The translations under genes were made by a program, and so were the position numbers. Below, piece after piece: positions 23,561 to 34,479 of a DNA stretch of 64,000 bases. Each line of letters starts with the position of its first letter. Position 1 is the stretch's first letter. The DNA is from Alloascoidea hylecoeti (Eukaryota): the NCBI GenBank assembly GCA_001600815.1, contig BCKZ01000023.1:186001-250000 (forward strand). Reading direction: 5' to 3'. The notes under the pieces are model-generated. The model was not told the origin of the DNA and ran no database searches. It worked only from the letters and a program-made list of their open reading frames with translations.

Positions 23561-25298
23561 TAAATGGGTATTTACCATAGGAATCAATTGAAGTAACAGC
23601 ATTATTTGCAAATCCACAAATCTTTATCATTAGTAATTAAAACTTCAACAAAAGATGTAATATGTTTCTTACCATATCTAATAAAGCAATTCCTTCAGAA
23701 ATTTTAAATAATGATGATATATAATTAACAATATCATTTGTTAATTCATTTATAACTTGATCACTCATTAATATAATTTCAGCTAAAGCATCAGATAATC
23801 TTGAATTATATTTTAATAAATTTAATGTTGTACAAGTTATAAATTTATTATTTTTAATTGTTGAATTTATAAAAATTGAAGGAAGAGAATTTAAATCAAC
23901 TATTGAACCTTTTAATCTAATATAAAAACCTTTTGAATTATCAAATTTTGTTTCTAATTCATAATCATATTCATCTATCATATAATTAACGTTAGAAATG
24001 AAAATCTTTGAGATTGATTAGTTAAAAAAAAAGATGATGATGAACATACTTGATAAATTTTTAATTAATTCATCAATATCGTCAATAATACTTTTATAAA
24101 CTTGTCTTGAAATATCTAATAAACCATTTTTTCCCTTTTTAACAGCATAACATTTTTGATTTCTTAAATTTAATGAATTTTTACTCCATATTGTATCATC
24201 ATTAATACAATTATTAATTAAATTTAAAATTTTTAAAATATCATCATTATTTAAAATTTTTAAAATTTCATTTAATAAAAAACTTGATATATTTGATGTT
24301 GATAATATTTGAGATAATTTTAATGATGAATTAATAGCAGATTTTAATAAAATTATATTATTTATTTTTTGATCTGAATTTGTTATTGATGTAGCAGATG
24401 CTGAAGATGGTGATGCAATTAACATTGAAAATAAACGATCTAAATCTTGAAACTCTTTTAATATTTCAACACAATCAAATAATAAAATTTTATTATTAAT
24501 TAATTCTGAAATTGATTCTTGTCTTAACTGAATTGTTTTTAAATCAGTTAATGGTTGTAAAATATTTGATCTTAATAATCTTGTACCCATAATAGTATTT
24601 AAATTTTCATTTAATATTTTAAATAATGATAAAGATTTTAATGATGTAGATGATGATGATGATGATGATGGAGAAATTAAATTTTCAATTAATTCTAAAT
24701 TTTTAACGGTTCGTGAATCAATTAACATTGTATGTTCACTTGTTTGATATTTTATTCTAAAATTTGAAAATTTTGGATATTTTTTTGATGATACTGAAAT
24801 ATAATGAATTAGTGATGCAAAACAACAAATTGAATAAAAATTATTGGTTGATAATAATAATAACTTTAACGATTCTAAATCTTCTTTAAAAGCATATTTA
24901 TTTATAAACTCTAACCCATCTATATCATTAAAGAACTTTCTATCGATTCCATGGATTACTGTTTCATCAGTTGGTAGGTTTGATTGGAGAACCTGAACCA
25001 GTTTCGAATTACCACTTGGGTTCAAGAAAGTTTTAGGGACTATTATGTCCGCTGGTCTGTGAACAAGCAATTTATGGATTGTTTTGATGTAAGTGGGAGA
25101 ATCGGCGATGTTACAAAGAATAAGCTCGCCAGTGGCAAAATTTATCAGGCACAGGCCGACGATGGAACACGAACCCCGTGATTCAGAAATTGAGCATACC
25201 ACCTTGTCGGACCCAGGGCCCAGGCTGAGACTGGCGGCCGGGGCTGAAATGGAACGGTTCTTCGATCTCGGAAAAGGGACGGTTGCAGGAGTGGCCAT
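22290..25298 (-). CDS. MSH4: Meiotic MutS homolog Msh4; exons 24050-25298, 23673-23974, 23576-23621, 23363-23500, 23203-23275, 22877-23114, 22686-22775, 22290-22622
   Basis: SISESRG, TVKNLELIEN, RLLRSNILQP, RNQKCYAVK..NGLLDISRQ, RHPILEK, Walker A ITGTNMSGKS split by an intron, SSFSMEMTE, DELGRGSS, STHFH; all seven splices keep the frame. Confidence 0.9.
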
Positions 25299-25804
25299 TG
25301 CGGAGGATGGTGAAGATGGGGAAGGAGGTTAGGGACGGCGGCGGGCATGCTGGTATGTGCGGGCGTGCTGGCATGTACGCGCACCCCTATTTCCGATGCA
25401 ACTGGCCGCATGCGGGTGCGCATGCGGGTGCGCATGCATATGCATATGAGGATTAATTAGGGTGCCTTCTTCAGAGAGGCCGGCGCGAAGGAAAAGTAAA
25501 GTGGAAAAATGCCTGCAAAGTCGAAGGTTGCAAAGTCGAAGGTCACGTCTCTCGGTATATTTTATTGGTTATTAAGGGGGTTTCATCGGTAAATAGCTGC
25601 TATCCAGCTGTTGCTGCGAATTTGTTGTGGTTTGCAGCTTTTAAATTGATATTAAATTCGAATCTCGAAGTGACAAATAACAAGTTGAACCTTATTAATT
25701 ATAATTAGATATAAATAAATTGTGTTTGGAATGTTGCGACTTTTTATAATCACTTTTCCTTCTCATCTTCCAGAATTCCAGCTTGAACTTCTCTGCTTCC
25801 AAGA

Positions 25805-27976
25805 ATGTCTCTACTGAACTCAATCGCTGACAAATGGGCTATCGGTTATTTGGCGGACAACCTCAAATCTAGACAAAATTCGAGCTTTGGGAACGTCATT
25901 TTCATGGTCGGTCCGGGAATATCCAAAGTGACTGGTTTTCCCGATTATAAAAATGAAAACACTCAAATTCACACTAAATTAATGAATGATTTGGCTCTAC
26001 CAGACATCTCATACCTATTTGATGTTGAGTATTTTCTGCAAGACCCTATTCCATTCTCTTGTTTTGCAAATGAGGTATATCCAGGAACTTTTGTGCCTTC
26101 TAAATTCCACTGTTTTATGAAGCTGCTGCAAGATAAACAGCTGTTAAAAAGAGTTTATACTACTAATTTTGATACCATGGAAAGAGTAGTTGGTATTGAT
26201 GATGATAAACTTGTTGAGGTGAATGGTTCTTTTAATGAAAACTATTGCTTGAATTGTGGTTCCTTTCAAGATTCTCAAACTTATGAAAGTGGTTTAACAA
26301 ATCCAAAAAACAATTATATTCCATTATGTTTAGAAAAAAATTGTAATGGCTTAGTTAAACCAAATATAAAATTTTACGGTGAAGGTTTCCCAAGTGAATT
26401 CCTGGATGTTTGGGATAATGATGTTAATGAATCTGATATTGTTATAATTGCTGGTATGGATTTAATTGATTATCCTTTTGCTGGTTTACCTTCTGAAATT
26501 TCTCATAAATCAACAAGAGTTTTAATTAATGATAAATTAGTTGGGGATTTTATATCAAATAAAAGAAGAACTGATATTTTATTATTAGATAAATGTGAAA
26601 TTATAATTGAAAAGTTAATTTCAAGATGTGGTTGGACAAAAGAAATTTCTACAATTCAAAATCAATTTTTAAATTTACCAAAAGATATACCTACTGGTCC
26701 AATTGTTACTTCTACTGTTAGTCCAATTGCTACCCCTTCTACGAGTCCAAATCCAAGTCCAACCTCTCCTTTTGATGATTATCATATGAAAAAAATATCT
26801 GCTGAAAAATCAACAGAAATGGATTCAAAACAGTTACATGATTCTCAATCTTCAAATTCAAGTGAATCTGAAGTAAAAACAAAACATAATAAACATAAAC
26901 ATAGACATAGACATAGACATAATAAAGATGGTACAGAAAAGAATCATAAATCAAAAAGGAAGTCGTCTACTAAACCTGCAGCCACAACCACAACTAATAT
27001 TAATCCTATAATTACAAGTTCCGTCATAATTAATAAAACTGTTTCTAGCTCAAGTATTGATGGTATATTACATTCAGAGGATGATCACAATAATTCAAAT
27101 TCAAATTCAAATTCAAATTCAAATTCAAATTCAAATTCAAATTCAATAGCTAGTACTCCAACAACATCAATTCTAGCTCCAGCTCCAACTATTATTACAC
27201 CAAAACCAAAAACTCCACCACCACAAATTTCAATTCCAATTCCAACAACAACAAAAGTTGAAATTCAATATGAAGGAATTGATCCAATTCAACAATTAGT
27301 TTTAAAACAACGTAAAGAAAGAGAATTAAAACAACAAATAATGAAATCAAGTCTTCATAGATTTGCATCAATATCAATAAATGAAGAAAATTTAAAATTA
27401 GAAAAATTAAATAAGCTTAAAAAACAAGAAGAATTAAAGATTTTAGAGAAAAAGAAAAAACAAGAAGAAAGATTATTTGAATTAAGTAAACCAACAATAT
27501 TCACAACAAATTCAACAAATATGAATTCGAAGAAATATCCTTCTGTTTCTTATATGTCTTATAATTATAATCAAGCTACTACAACTAATAATATTTATGA
27601 TAATAATGGTTTAAAATCAATCTCAACATCATCATTAATTCACTCTCCATCATCACCAGTTTCATTATCACCACCAATATCACCAATTTCATCATCAACT
27701 GATTTATCAACTCCATCACCAATAAAATTAACATCATCCAGATCATTAACATCAATTAAAACATTTAATCATAATAATGATAATGAAAATGGAAATGGAA
27801 ATGATAATCAAATGCCAATTATTTCAGAAGAAGAATTTTATGCATCAGGAAATATATCATCACAAAATTCAATTTCAAATTTATTTAAAAAAGATTTAAG
27901 TTTATTAAAGAAATTTAATAGAGGGAATCAAATTTATAGTCCAAATGATAGACCACCATGTCGTGAATATTATTAA
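25805..27976 (+). CDS. Hst2/Sir2-family sirtuin-like protein with degenerate catalytic motifs and a ~430-aa low-complexity C-terminal tail
   Basis: VIFMVGPGISKVTGFPDY, YPGTFVPSKFHCFMKLLQDKQLLKRVYTTNFDTMER, VEVNGSF, CLNC..CLEKNC, VKPNIKFYGE, YPFAGLP follow the Hst2 motif order. Confidence 0.85.
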   Translation: MSLLNSIADKWAIGYLADNLKSRQNSSFGNVIFMVGPGISKVTGFPDYKNENTQIHTKLMNDLALPDISYLFDVEYFLQDPIPFSCFANEVYPGTFVPSKFHCFMKLLQDKQLLKRVYTTNFDTMERVVGIDDDKLVEVNGSFNENYCLNCGSFQDSQTYESGLTNPKNNYIPLCLEKNCNGLVKPNIKFYGEGFPSEFLDVWDNDVNESDIVIIAGMDLIDYPFAGLPSEISHKSTRVLINDKLVGDFISNKRRTDILLLDKCEIIIEKLISRCGWTKEISTIQNQFLNLPKDIPTGPIVTSTVSPIATPSTSPNPSPTSPFDDYHMKKISAEKSTEMDSKQLHDSQSSNSSESEVKTKHNKHKHRHRHRHNKDGTEKNHKSKRKSSTKPAATTTTNINPIITSSVIINKTVSSSSIDGILHSEDDHNNSNSNSNSNSNSNSNSNSIASTPTTSILAPAPTIITPKPKTPPPQISIPIPTTTKVEIQYEGIDPIQQLVLKQRKERELKQQIMKSSLHRFASISINEENLKLEKLNKLKKQEELKILEKKKKQEERLFELSKPTIFTTNSTNMNSKKYPSVSYMSYNYNQATTTNNIYDNNGLKSISTSSLIHSPSSPVSLSPPISPISSSTDLSTPSPIKLTSSRSLTSIKTFNHNNDNENGNGNDNQMPIISEEEFYASGNISSQNSISNLFKKDLSLLKKFNRGNQIYSPNDRPPCREYY

Positions 27977-28899
27977 ATTTTTTGATGATAATTAATAACT
28001 TATGATTTTTTTTTTCCTATCATGTCACATATATATATCTGGTAATGTTAATATTCATTTCAATTTCTATCTCAATTTCTATCTCAATTTCTATCTCAAT
28101 TTCTATTTTCAATTTCTATTTTCAATTTCTATCTCGATTACACTTTGTTTTTTTATATTATGATCAAATTACATTGCTTAAGCTATGTTTCATTTTTCAT
28201 TTTTCATTTTTCAATTTTCATTGTTTTTTTTTTTTAATATTATGATATAACAATCATTTCTTTAACTTTTCAACGTTAGCAATTAACATTAACAATAATG
28301 TTTTTATTATTTATTTAATACCCTTTTAAATTTTAAAATTTTACATCCTAATTTATAGCGGAAAAAAACCTAGTTATTTAATATTAATATTCTCTTTATT
28401 TGTTAAATTATTTATATTTTAAATTTTAAACAGTATATCTACCTTGCAAATATTGGGATTTCTTTAACGATATATAAATGACATTTTTATGTTTCTTCTT
28501 TGATCTTATTTACATACTCTTTCTAGATTATTAAAGAAGAGGTCTAATTAATTTAATACAATAAAGAACTAAAACTAAAACTAAGAAATAAAGTAATTAT
28601 AAGTAGTACTCTAATAGAATAGTAGTTTTTAGGTTAATTAATATAATTAAGTAACTTGATAGATATGCGCATATGCAAGTATATTTCATAAAGTGGCAAG
28701 TCATTCATTTTTTTTAAAATACCATGTTGGTGGAAACGTTTACAATAATACCAACAAAGATCGCATGACCCCTTCTAGATTGATATTACTCAAGAATCAA
28801 GAGCGAATATTTAACAATGAGTTTTGTTTATAATTTTAAAAAGAAATTGTAATCGGATAATGGAATTTAAATATGTAACTAAACAATGCTATACATGGT

Positions 28900-29926
28900 A
28901 GGCAAGAACATTGCACCTTCCAAGTTGTGGCTCACTGTATAGAAATATACCAACAACATTTTAAGGAAAACACCTCCTAGAATTAAAAAATACTCCATAG
29001 AACTTTCTAAATGACAGTAAACTAAATTATTAATACTGTGAAAGCTTTCCCCATTGAATAGATTTGGGGAACGAGTTTGAAATTCTAACATTAAAATATC
29101 AATGTCAATATCAAAATCAACTCTAAAGACGTCGACCCTTGTAGCAAAAACATGGATATGGAACATAAAATGCCTTTTCTGGATGAGAGAGGAACAGAAG
29201 AGTTGATCTAAAGATAGATTGGAGTGATATCAGGATGTTTAAATTTGGAATGGTGTTGTATTCGGTACTAAGCTACTAGTGATCATGATGAATGCTCGAT
29301 CGTTACAGGATCCAGATTCTGAAGAAGCTTATAATTAGTTAGATAGCTTGTATCCGGCCTTTCAACTACAAAATTTTAATAATATATGGAATTCTGGGTG
29401 TGAATAACACATCTATTCATTGGACTGGTGGTATAACAACGAAATTTGATTTTATAAGAAGGAGATAGAGGTGTTGAATTGACTGCCTTTCTCACCGGAC
29501 CTAAATCCTAAATCCAACTGAGCACTTATATGTTTAAGGTTATCAAGAACCTCGTTAAAAATGTTAATCATCAGATTGATATCGCGATTATGCGCCTTCC
29601 ACAAGCAACGAAAGATACAGTCCTTCCACCTATTAATAACGCTATTATTTTTTTGTGTCTTTTTAAAAACATTGGGCTGATAATATTTGATATCAATCAG
29701 GATACCTTTGATAAATTTATTCACTCCATTACGAATACGTATAGTGGCCATCTATGATGATAATAACGGCGCCATCACTAAATATTAAACTTTAAATGTC
29801 ATTTTATACATTAATATAATTTCTAGTATCTACGGAACATTATGAATTATGTTAATAACAGTTTAGCCTTTTCAGACTATTCCGAAGCTAACATTTAACT
29901 GAAATATATTTTTGGAGGGATGGGTG
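28900..29926 (+). mobile_element. Decayed Tc1/mariner-type transposon copy A
   Basis: EIEVLN*LPFSPDLNP at 29462-29509 (cf. WPPxSPDLNPIE); 3' region and end (TTTTGGAGGGATGGGTG) resemble copies C and D. Left boundary is approximate. Confidence 0.75.
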
Positions 29927-29976
29927 TTTGTGTCTTATGAATTTAAGAAATCCATATTTTTAAAACTCCATGAAAT

Positions 29977-30048
29977 TCCGATGTAGTGTAACGGCTAGCA
30001 CGGTCCGCTTTCACCGGGCAGTTCGGGGTTCGATTCCCCGCATCGGAG
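29977..30048 (+). tRNA. tRNA-Glu, anticodon TTC
   Basis: TCCGATG...CATCGGA acceptor stem, anticodon loop CTTTCAC, T-loop GGTTCGATTCC, downstream T tracts. Confidence 0.97.
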
Positions 30049-30089
30049 TTAATTGTTATTTTTAAACATTTTTTTTTTTTCTGGTTCTA

Positions 30090-30635
30090 GGTAGGTGAAA
30101 AAGATCCTGGAATGGTGGAGTTTATTTGAATGTTAGAAACTACTAACATCATTGGGAATTTAAATTAACAAAGCATTCCAATGGTTCTTTGAATAATTGC
30201 ATCCTTTGTTTACAACTAGGAATAGAAACAGAGGAGCTTATCTTTAGTCATTGTAAAATTAAGATTATGATATTCATAAGATTAACAGGTTAAGTTATAA
30301 CTTTGAAAGATTAAATTTGTCCTAAGACCGATAATCATTCCATGATAAAGGAGTTGAGTCACTTATCAAAAATCATTTGGAATATAAGGGGTACAAAGAA
30401 GATTCAGTGATATTAATCTACAAGGAGAAATATTCTAAACCTTGGAAGATGCATGATAAAGGCGAAATTATATTTTAAATATCAATAATTTTTCAATCAT
30501 AAATGAACATAATAATGTTCATAAATTCAAATTTGTTATCAGATATGGTAAATAAGAAATAAATCAATAAATACCACCATTAGTTTTGAATTAAATAGTT
30601 TATAATAAAATATTAATAGGTAAAAAAAAGTACGA
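30090..30635 (+). repeat. Diverged direct repeat, copy 1 (partner at ~35370-35930)
   Basis: Collinear shared blocks: AACTAGGA, TCATTGT.AAAT.AAGA..ATGATATTCA, TGTCCTAA, GAGTTGAGT, GTACAAA.AAGATT, TATCAGATA, and the identical TTTATAATAAAATATTAATAGGTAAAAAAAAGTA. Confidence 0.75.
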
Positions 30636-31329
30636 AAAATGATCTTGTCAGGGACTCAGGGCTTCAACTAAATCAGATTTGTTCTGTCACTACTACATAC
30701 TATTTTCCTTAGTGGTGATGGATTTATTTCCACTGTTTTATTTCTTTTGAGGGGACACATAGGCATGCGCAACATCTATGCTAAGCTACCTGTAATTGTA
30801 ATAGTAGAATATTGAAGGGGGAAAGAAAACAAGTGCCATATTGAAATAATGATGATAAATCAGATAATATATAAATTCTTTATCCAATTTAAAATAAAAA
30901 ACAATTTTCACGGTCATAGAGTCCTTGAAGAATTGGATAACAGGGCTTTTAGCTTTTTAGTTTTTGAGTCGAGTTTACCATTTCATGGAACTATCAGTCA
31001 TCTATGGTTATTTATGGATAGAGAAACTATTATTATTGTTAATCTAAATTTGAATCAATTCAATGCTCCTCATTCATTCATTATTCTTATATATATATAT
31101 TTTTTTTTCTTTTCAAGTGGAATATACATATTTTCGTTTTAAAACTCGTCTAACTTGGTATAAATTTAAATGAAACTAAAATTATGGGTCATATTTTGCA
31201 ATCTACTATCCAACCATTATACACACACCTTTCTTTAACAATCACATCGAATCTCAAAGCCTTTTATGATATAAGGAAGTTTGTGTCGGTAAGACCTATG
31301 GCATGGGGAAAATTTGGAAAGGAGGTCGT

Positions 31330-31550
31330 ACTAAATCGTATAGTGCTAGTATGTGCAGATTTTCTTCATGAAAGTTCACCACTAACCAGCAATTGAGATT
31401 ATGAACCTTAAACATAGAATATGACGAAGAAAGATAGACCTATTGTTTCTTTCTCTTTCAAAAATCTGAGACTTCATGGATCAGGACATCATTGATATTC
31501 ATCGATCCCTGTAACCATGAACACGATAATGCAATGATTCACATATATCA
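31330..31550 (+). mobile_element. Short 3' fragment of the same Tc1-like family (copy B)
   Basis: TTCAAAAATCTGAGACTTCATGGATCAGGACATCATTGATA closely matches TTCAAAAATTGGGCTCATATGGATCAGGATATCATTGATA at ~47374-47413. Confidence 0.6.
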
Positions 31551-31648
31551 AGAAATCTAATTCTGTATATTGTGTTATAATAATAGGTTGAGTTTCACGA
31601 TCTAATCACCTGTCAAGAAGCTTATGTTGTGAATACTCCTGTACATGT

Positions 31649-31921
31649 TCAGGGTCCACCGCAGTACATGAGTAGAAGTTCTGCATAGAATATTGTATCC
31701 CATCTTCTCCTAAAAATTATGGGAGCATTGGAAGACAAATTGGCAGACCTAGATTTGTAGTGCTGTTGCCGATTAATAGCAGCCTTTGCGGGTTTAGAGT
31801 GTTTCGCATGTTTTCCCCACACGAACGTAAAGGTCAATATAGCACCACCGATAACGACGACAAATATCACTTCACGAGTGATAAGGGACAACTCAAACTC
31901 TAGAGTAGGTCGATTATACAT
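31649..31921 (-). CDS. Possible small ORF (90 aa) with one hydrophobic segment
   Basis: ATG-started ORF with VIFVVVIGGAILTFTFVW followed by a basic stretch; no recognised family. Confidence 0.25.
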   Translation of the reverse strand: MYNRPTLEFELSLITREVIFVVVIGGAILTFTFVWGKHAKHSKPAKAAINRQQHYKSRSANLSSNAPIIFRRRWDTIFYAELLLMYCGGP

Positions 31922-32077
31922 GTCTACTTAATATGATAGAATTCTTTACTTAGCACCAAACAAATAACAAACTTTTACATTTTTAGTTCCTTATCACTAA
32001 TTTGTTATTTATATTATAATCCAAAATAAAAATGATGAAATATGATGTTCAATTACAAATAATAAATTATTTTGACC

Positions 32078-33961
32078 TCATCTCAGACCATACAAGTCTG
32101 CAATATCATGTCTCTTTCCAGTTTCCAGTTGTTCCTCTATTCCCTCACTTGAAATCTTTTTAAGTTGTGCTCTACTGCTGGAGAAACCGAAATCTATAAA
32201 GTAAATAGTTCCATCAGAACTTTCTATAAAATTTTGTTTTCTTATGTCACCGTGTATAATGTTACAGGAATGAAGAATCTCGAGATTTGTTTCTGCTTTT
32301 TGGAAGATACTAGGATCTGTGAAGTCCGGTGTTTTGCCTTTGATATAGTCCATCAAAATGAAAATACCGCCATCATTTTCATGTGCACCAGATTCAGATT
32401 TGAATTCAATAAATCCAAAACATATTAAGTTTGGAACAAAATTTATAAACCTCTTATGATCTTTTATTAGACAATATGTTTGATATTCAGTTGAAAAATG
32501 TTTAAAACATTTTTTGGGCATATAATCAGAACGTCGATTGCCCTTGAAAGCACAAAAAGGATCGTAGATTTTTAAAATATATTCTTTTTCGTTTTCCATT
32601 GGTNTTTGTACATTTGGATTTCTGTTTATTTTTTCAAATAATTCCTTCGACAATTTCATTACTTGACTATGATATTTTCGGTCCCGCGAATATTGAATAC
32701 ACATGCCTTTAAACTCCGATTCTGTTAAAATATCTTTGTTTAAACATAAATCCATATAAGTAAACTTAACTCCCTTTTGGGTGTGTTCATTTAGTAATTG
32801 TTTTAATTTAGATCTCGGTATTTCTGCAGCCAAATTAGTCTCGATTGGAGTTCTTCGTAAACAATTTAAAAGATTTTTAAAGGCATTGTTCACCTTTATT
32901 CTTGAATGTGTTTCAAAGAATTCGATAGATTTTCTGATAAATAAAATAAAATGCAAAAGCAAACGCTGATTATTCAAAATTACATATTTGATTGGTAATG
33001 TTTTAAAACTTTTGTTTTTATTANCAAATCTTGTTGGAAAATCTTCAGCGTTACTATCTTTATATATATCAATATCTATTTGATATAAAATGGTGTGATT
33101 AGAATCAGAAATGCATCCAAAAGGAGTTTTAAAAAGAAGACACTGGTGAACAGATTGAGTTAAAATATTGTTGAAATTGTCATCAAAGGGATTTTCTATG
33201 TCCACGATAATATTTGGTATTTTTAGTTCTATAGTTATAAGGATATTGGAATCGAGTTGTACGATAAAATCTGGAACTAGATTCATATTTGAAATACCAC
33301 TTTCTTTAGATGTTGATCCGGTTTCGGATAAAATTTGTAAGTCAAAGTCTTCGCCATATAACAACTTAATTATAATTTCGGCTGGAGTAAATATTTTCAA
33401 GAGCAGGAGGGTTTTAACAGCAGATTCGATGATGTGACTAACGTGCCTTATTGGTGTCCTTAAGATTGTACCAATATTAGAAGTTAGCTCATCCGTATCT
33501 GTTTTAGAACACTTTTTTTGTAACCATTCCAAATCTTCTTTAAAGTTAAGACCACAGTTGTTCAGATTTTGATTAATTTTGATAGCATGTATTATAGAGG
33601 ATGCTGTATTGCTCGTCGCTGTTGGCCTCCTACTCTTTTTTGAATATGTACCTGTACCTGTACCTGTGGTTGTGGTTATGCTTGGGCCTGTGTTTGTGCT
33701 TGGGTCTTGAGCAGCAAAAAGACCGGTGGTAGGGATATTCAGCAAAAATAAAGCCGATAGTTCAGGATCACCTTCGTTTTCAAACCAATGAACAATGGTA
33801 GTATTCTGTTTGCTTAGGACCTTCAAAAATTCTGGATCATTAAAATCTCCAAAACCAGCTAGAAGATCCTCACTCTCAAAGAGCAAGCCTTGACTTTTGG
33901 AACGATGTTCCAAAACAACTTTCTTATAGTTATTTAATTTATCTGTTATTAAGTCAGACAT
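32078..33961 (-). CDS. PD-(D/E)xK restriction-endonuclease-like domain fused to a C-terminal protein kinase-like domain
   Basis: Intact intronless ~627-aa ORF (first ATG 33961; two N bases). REase-like: VPDFIV..ITIELK..LTQSVHQCL..TPFGCISDSNHTILY. Kinase: YILKIYD, FSTEYQTY, PNLICFG, ILMDYIKG, HGDIRKQNF, IDFGFS. Confidence 0.85.
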   Translation of the reverse strand: MSDLITDKLNNYKKVVLEHRSKSQGLLFESEDLLAGFGDFNDPEFLKVLSKQNTTIVHWFENEGDPELSALFLLNIPTTGLFAAQDPSTNTGPSITTTTGTGTGTYSKKSRRPTATSNTASSIIHAIKINQNLNNCGLNFKEDLEWLQKKCSKTDTDELTSNIGTILRTPIRHVSHIIESAVKTLLLLKIFTPAEIIIKLLYGEDFDLQILSETGSTSKESGISNMNLVPDFIVQLDSNILITIELKIPNIIVDIENPFDDNFNNILTQSVHQCLLFKTPFGCISDSNHTILYQIDIDIYKDSNAEDFPTRFXNKNKSFKTLPIKYVILNNQRLLLHFILFIRKSIEFFETHSRIKVNNAFKNLLNCLRRTPIETNLAAEIPRSKLKQLLNEHTQKGVKFTYMDLCLNKDILTESEFKGMCIQYSRDRKYHSQVMKLSKELFEKINRNPNVQXPMENEKEYILKIYDPFCAFKGNRRSDYMPKKCFKHFSTEYQTYCLIKDHKRFINFVPNLICFGFIEFKSESGAHENDGGIFILMDYIKGKTPDFTDPSIFQKAETNLEILHSCNIIHGDIRKQNFIESSDGTIYFIDFGFSSSRAQLKKISSEGIEEQLETGKRHDIADLYGLR

Positions 33962-33963
33962 TA

Positions 33964-34000
33964 GCAAAAGAGAGTGGCAAAAGAGAGTGGCAAAAGAGTG
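33964..34000. repeat. 13-bp tandem repeat GCAAAAGAGAGTG x~3 immediately upstream of the nuclease-kinase start codon
   Basis: gcaaaagagagtg gcaaaagagagtg gcaaaagagtg. Confidence 0.9.
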
Positions 34001-34479
34001 ATAAGATTTTTGTTAGAGTGAGATGTGTGATATAATATACGTCTGTTCTCAGATATACTATAGATTAGTTTCTGTTCCTCTAGTTTTCCTTAAAATTTTA
34101 TACACTTCTCCTTTTTGTACTTTTTTATTTCTTTCAAGTGGCCATTAAGGGTCTATATCTTTAAATATGAATTTATAGGTGAAGATCACCAGAACCTACT
34201 ACGCATTAGATAGATATATAATTAATTAGCTAGTTAAGAAACAGAATAAAAGGAAAACAAAATCTAATCTACATGTTTTATTCTCTACTGAATTAAAATC
34301 TTATCCTTTATGTTTTGTTCTTGGTTTCGGCCTTTTGGATCCATATGGACATTGCTTCAATCGACTTTTCCACTTTCTGGATAATAAAAGGATGGATAAC
34401 AAACATTAATTATACCTCAGAAAGAAATAATATAGAAAACTGTGATTTGACAATAGCAAAAATAGAGGCAAGGAAAACA

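Noticed and set aside
28045..28245. 66-aa ISISIS ORF and 12-bp repeat array
   Set aside because: Simple tandem repeat (TCAATTTCTATC)n in a 3' flank; no spacers, so not CRISPR-like and not coding.
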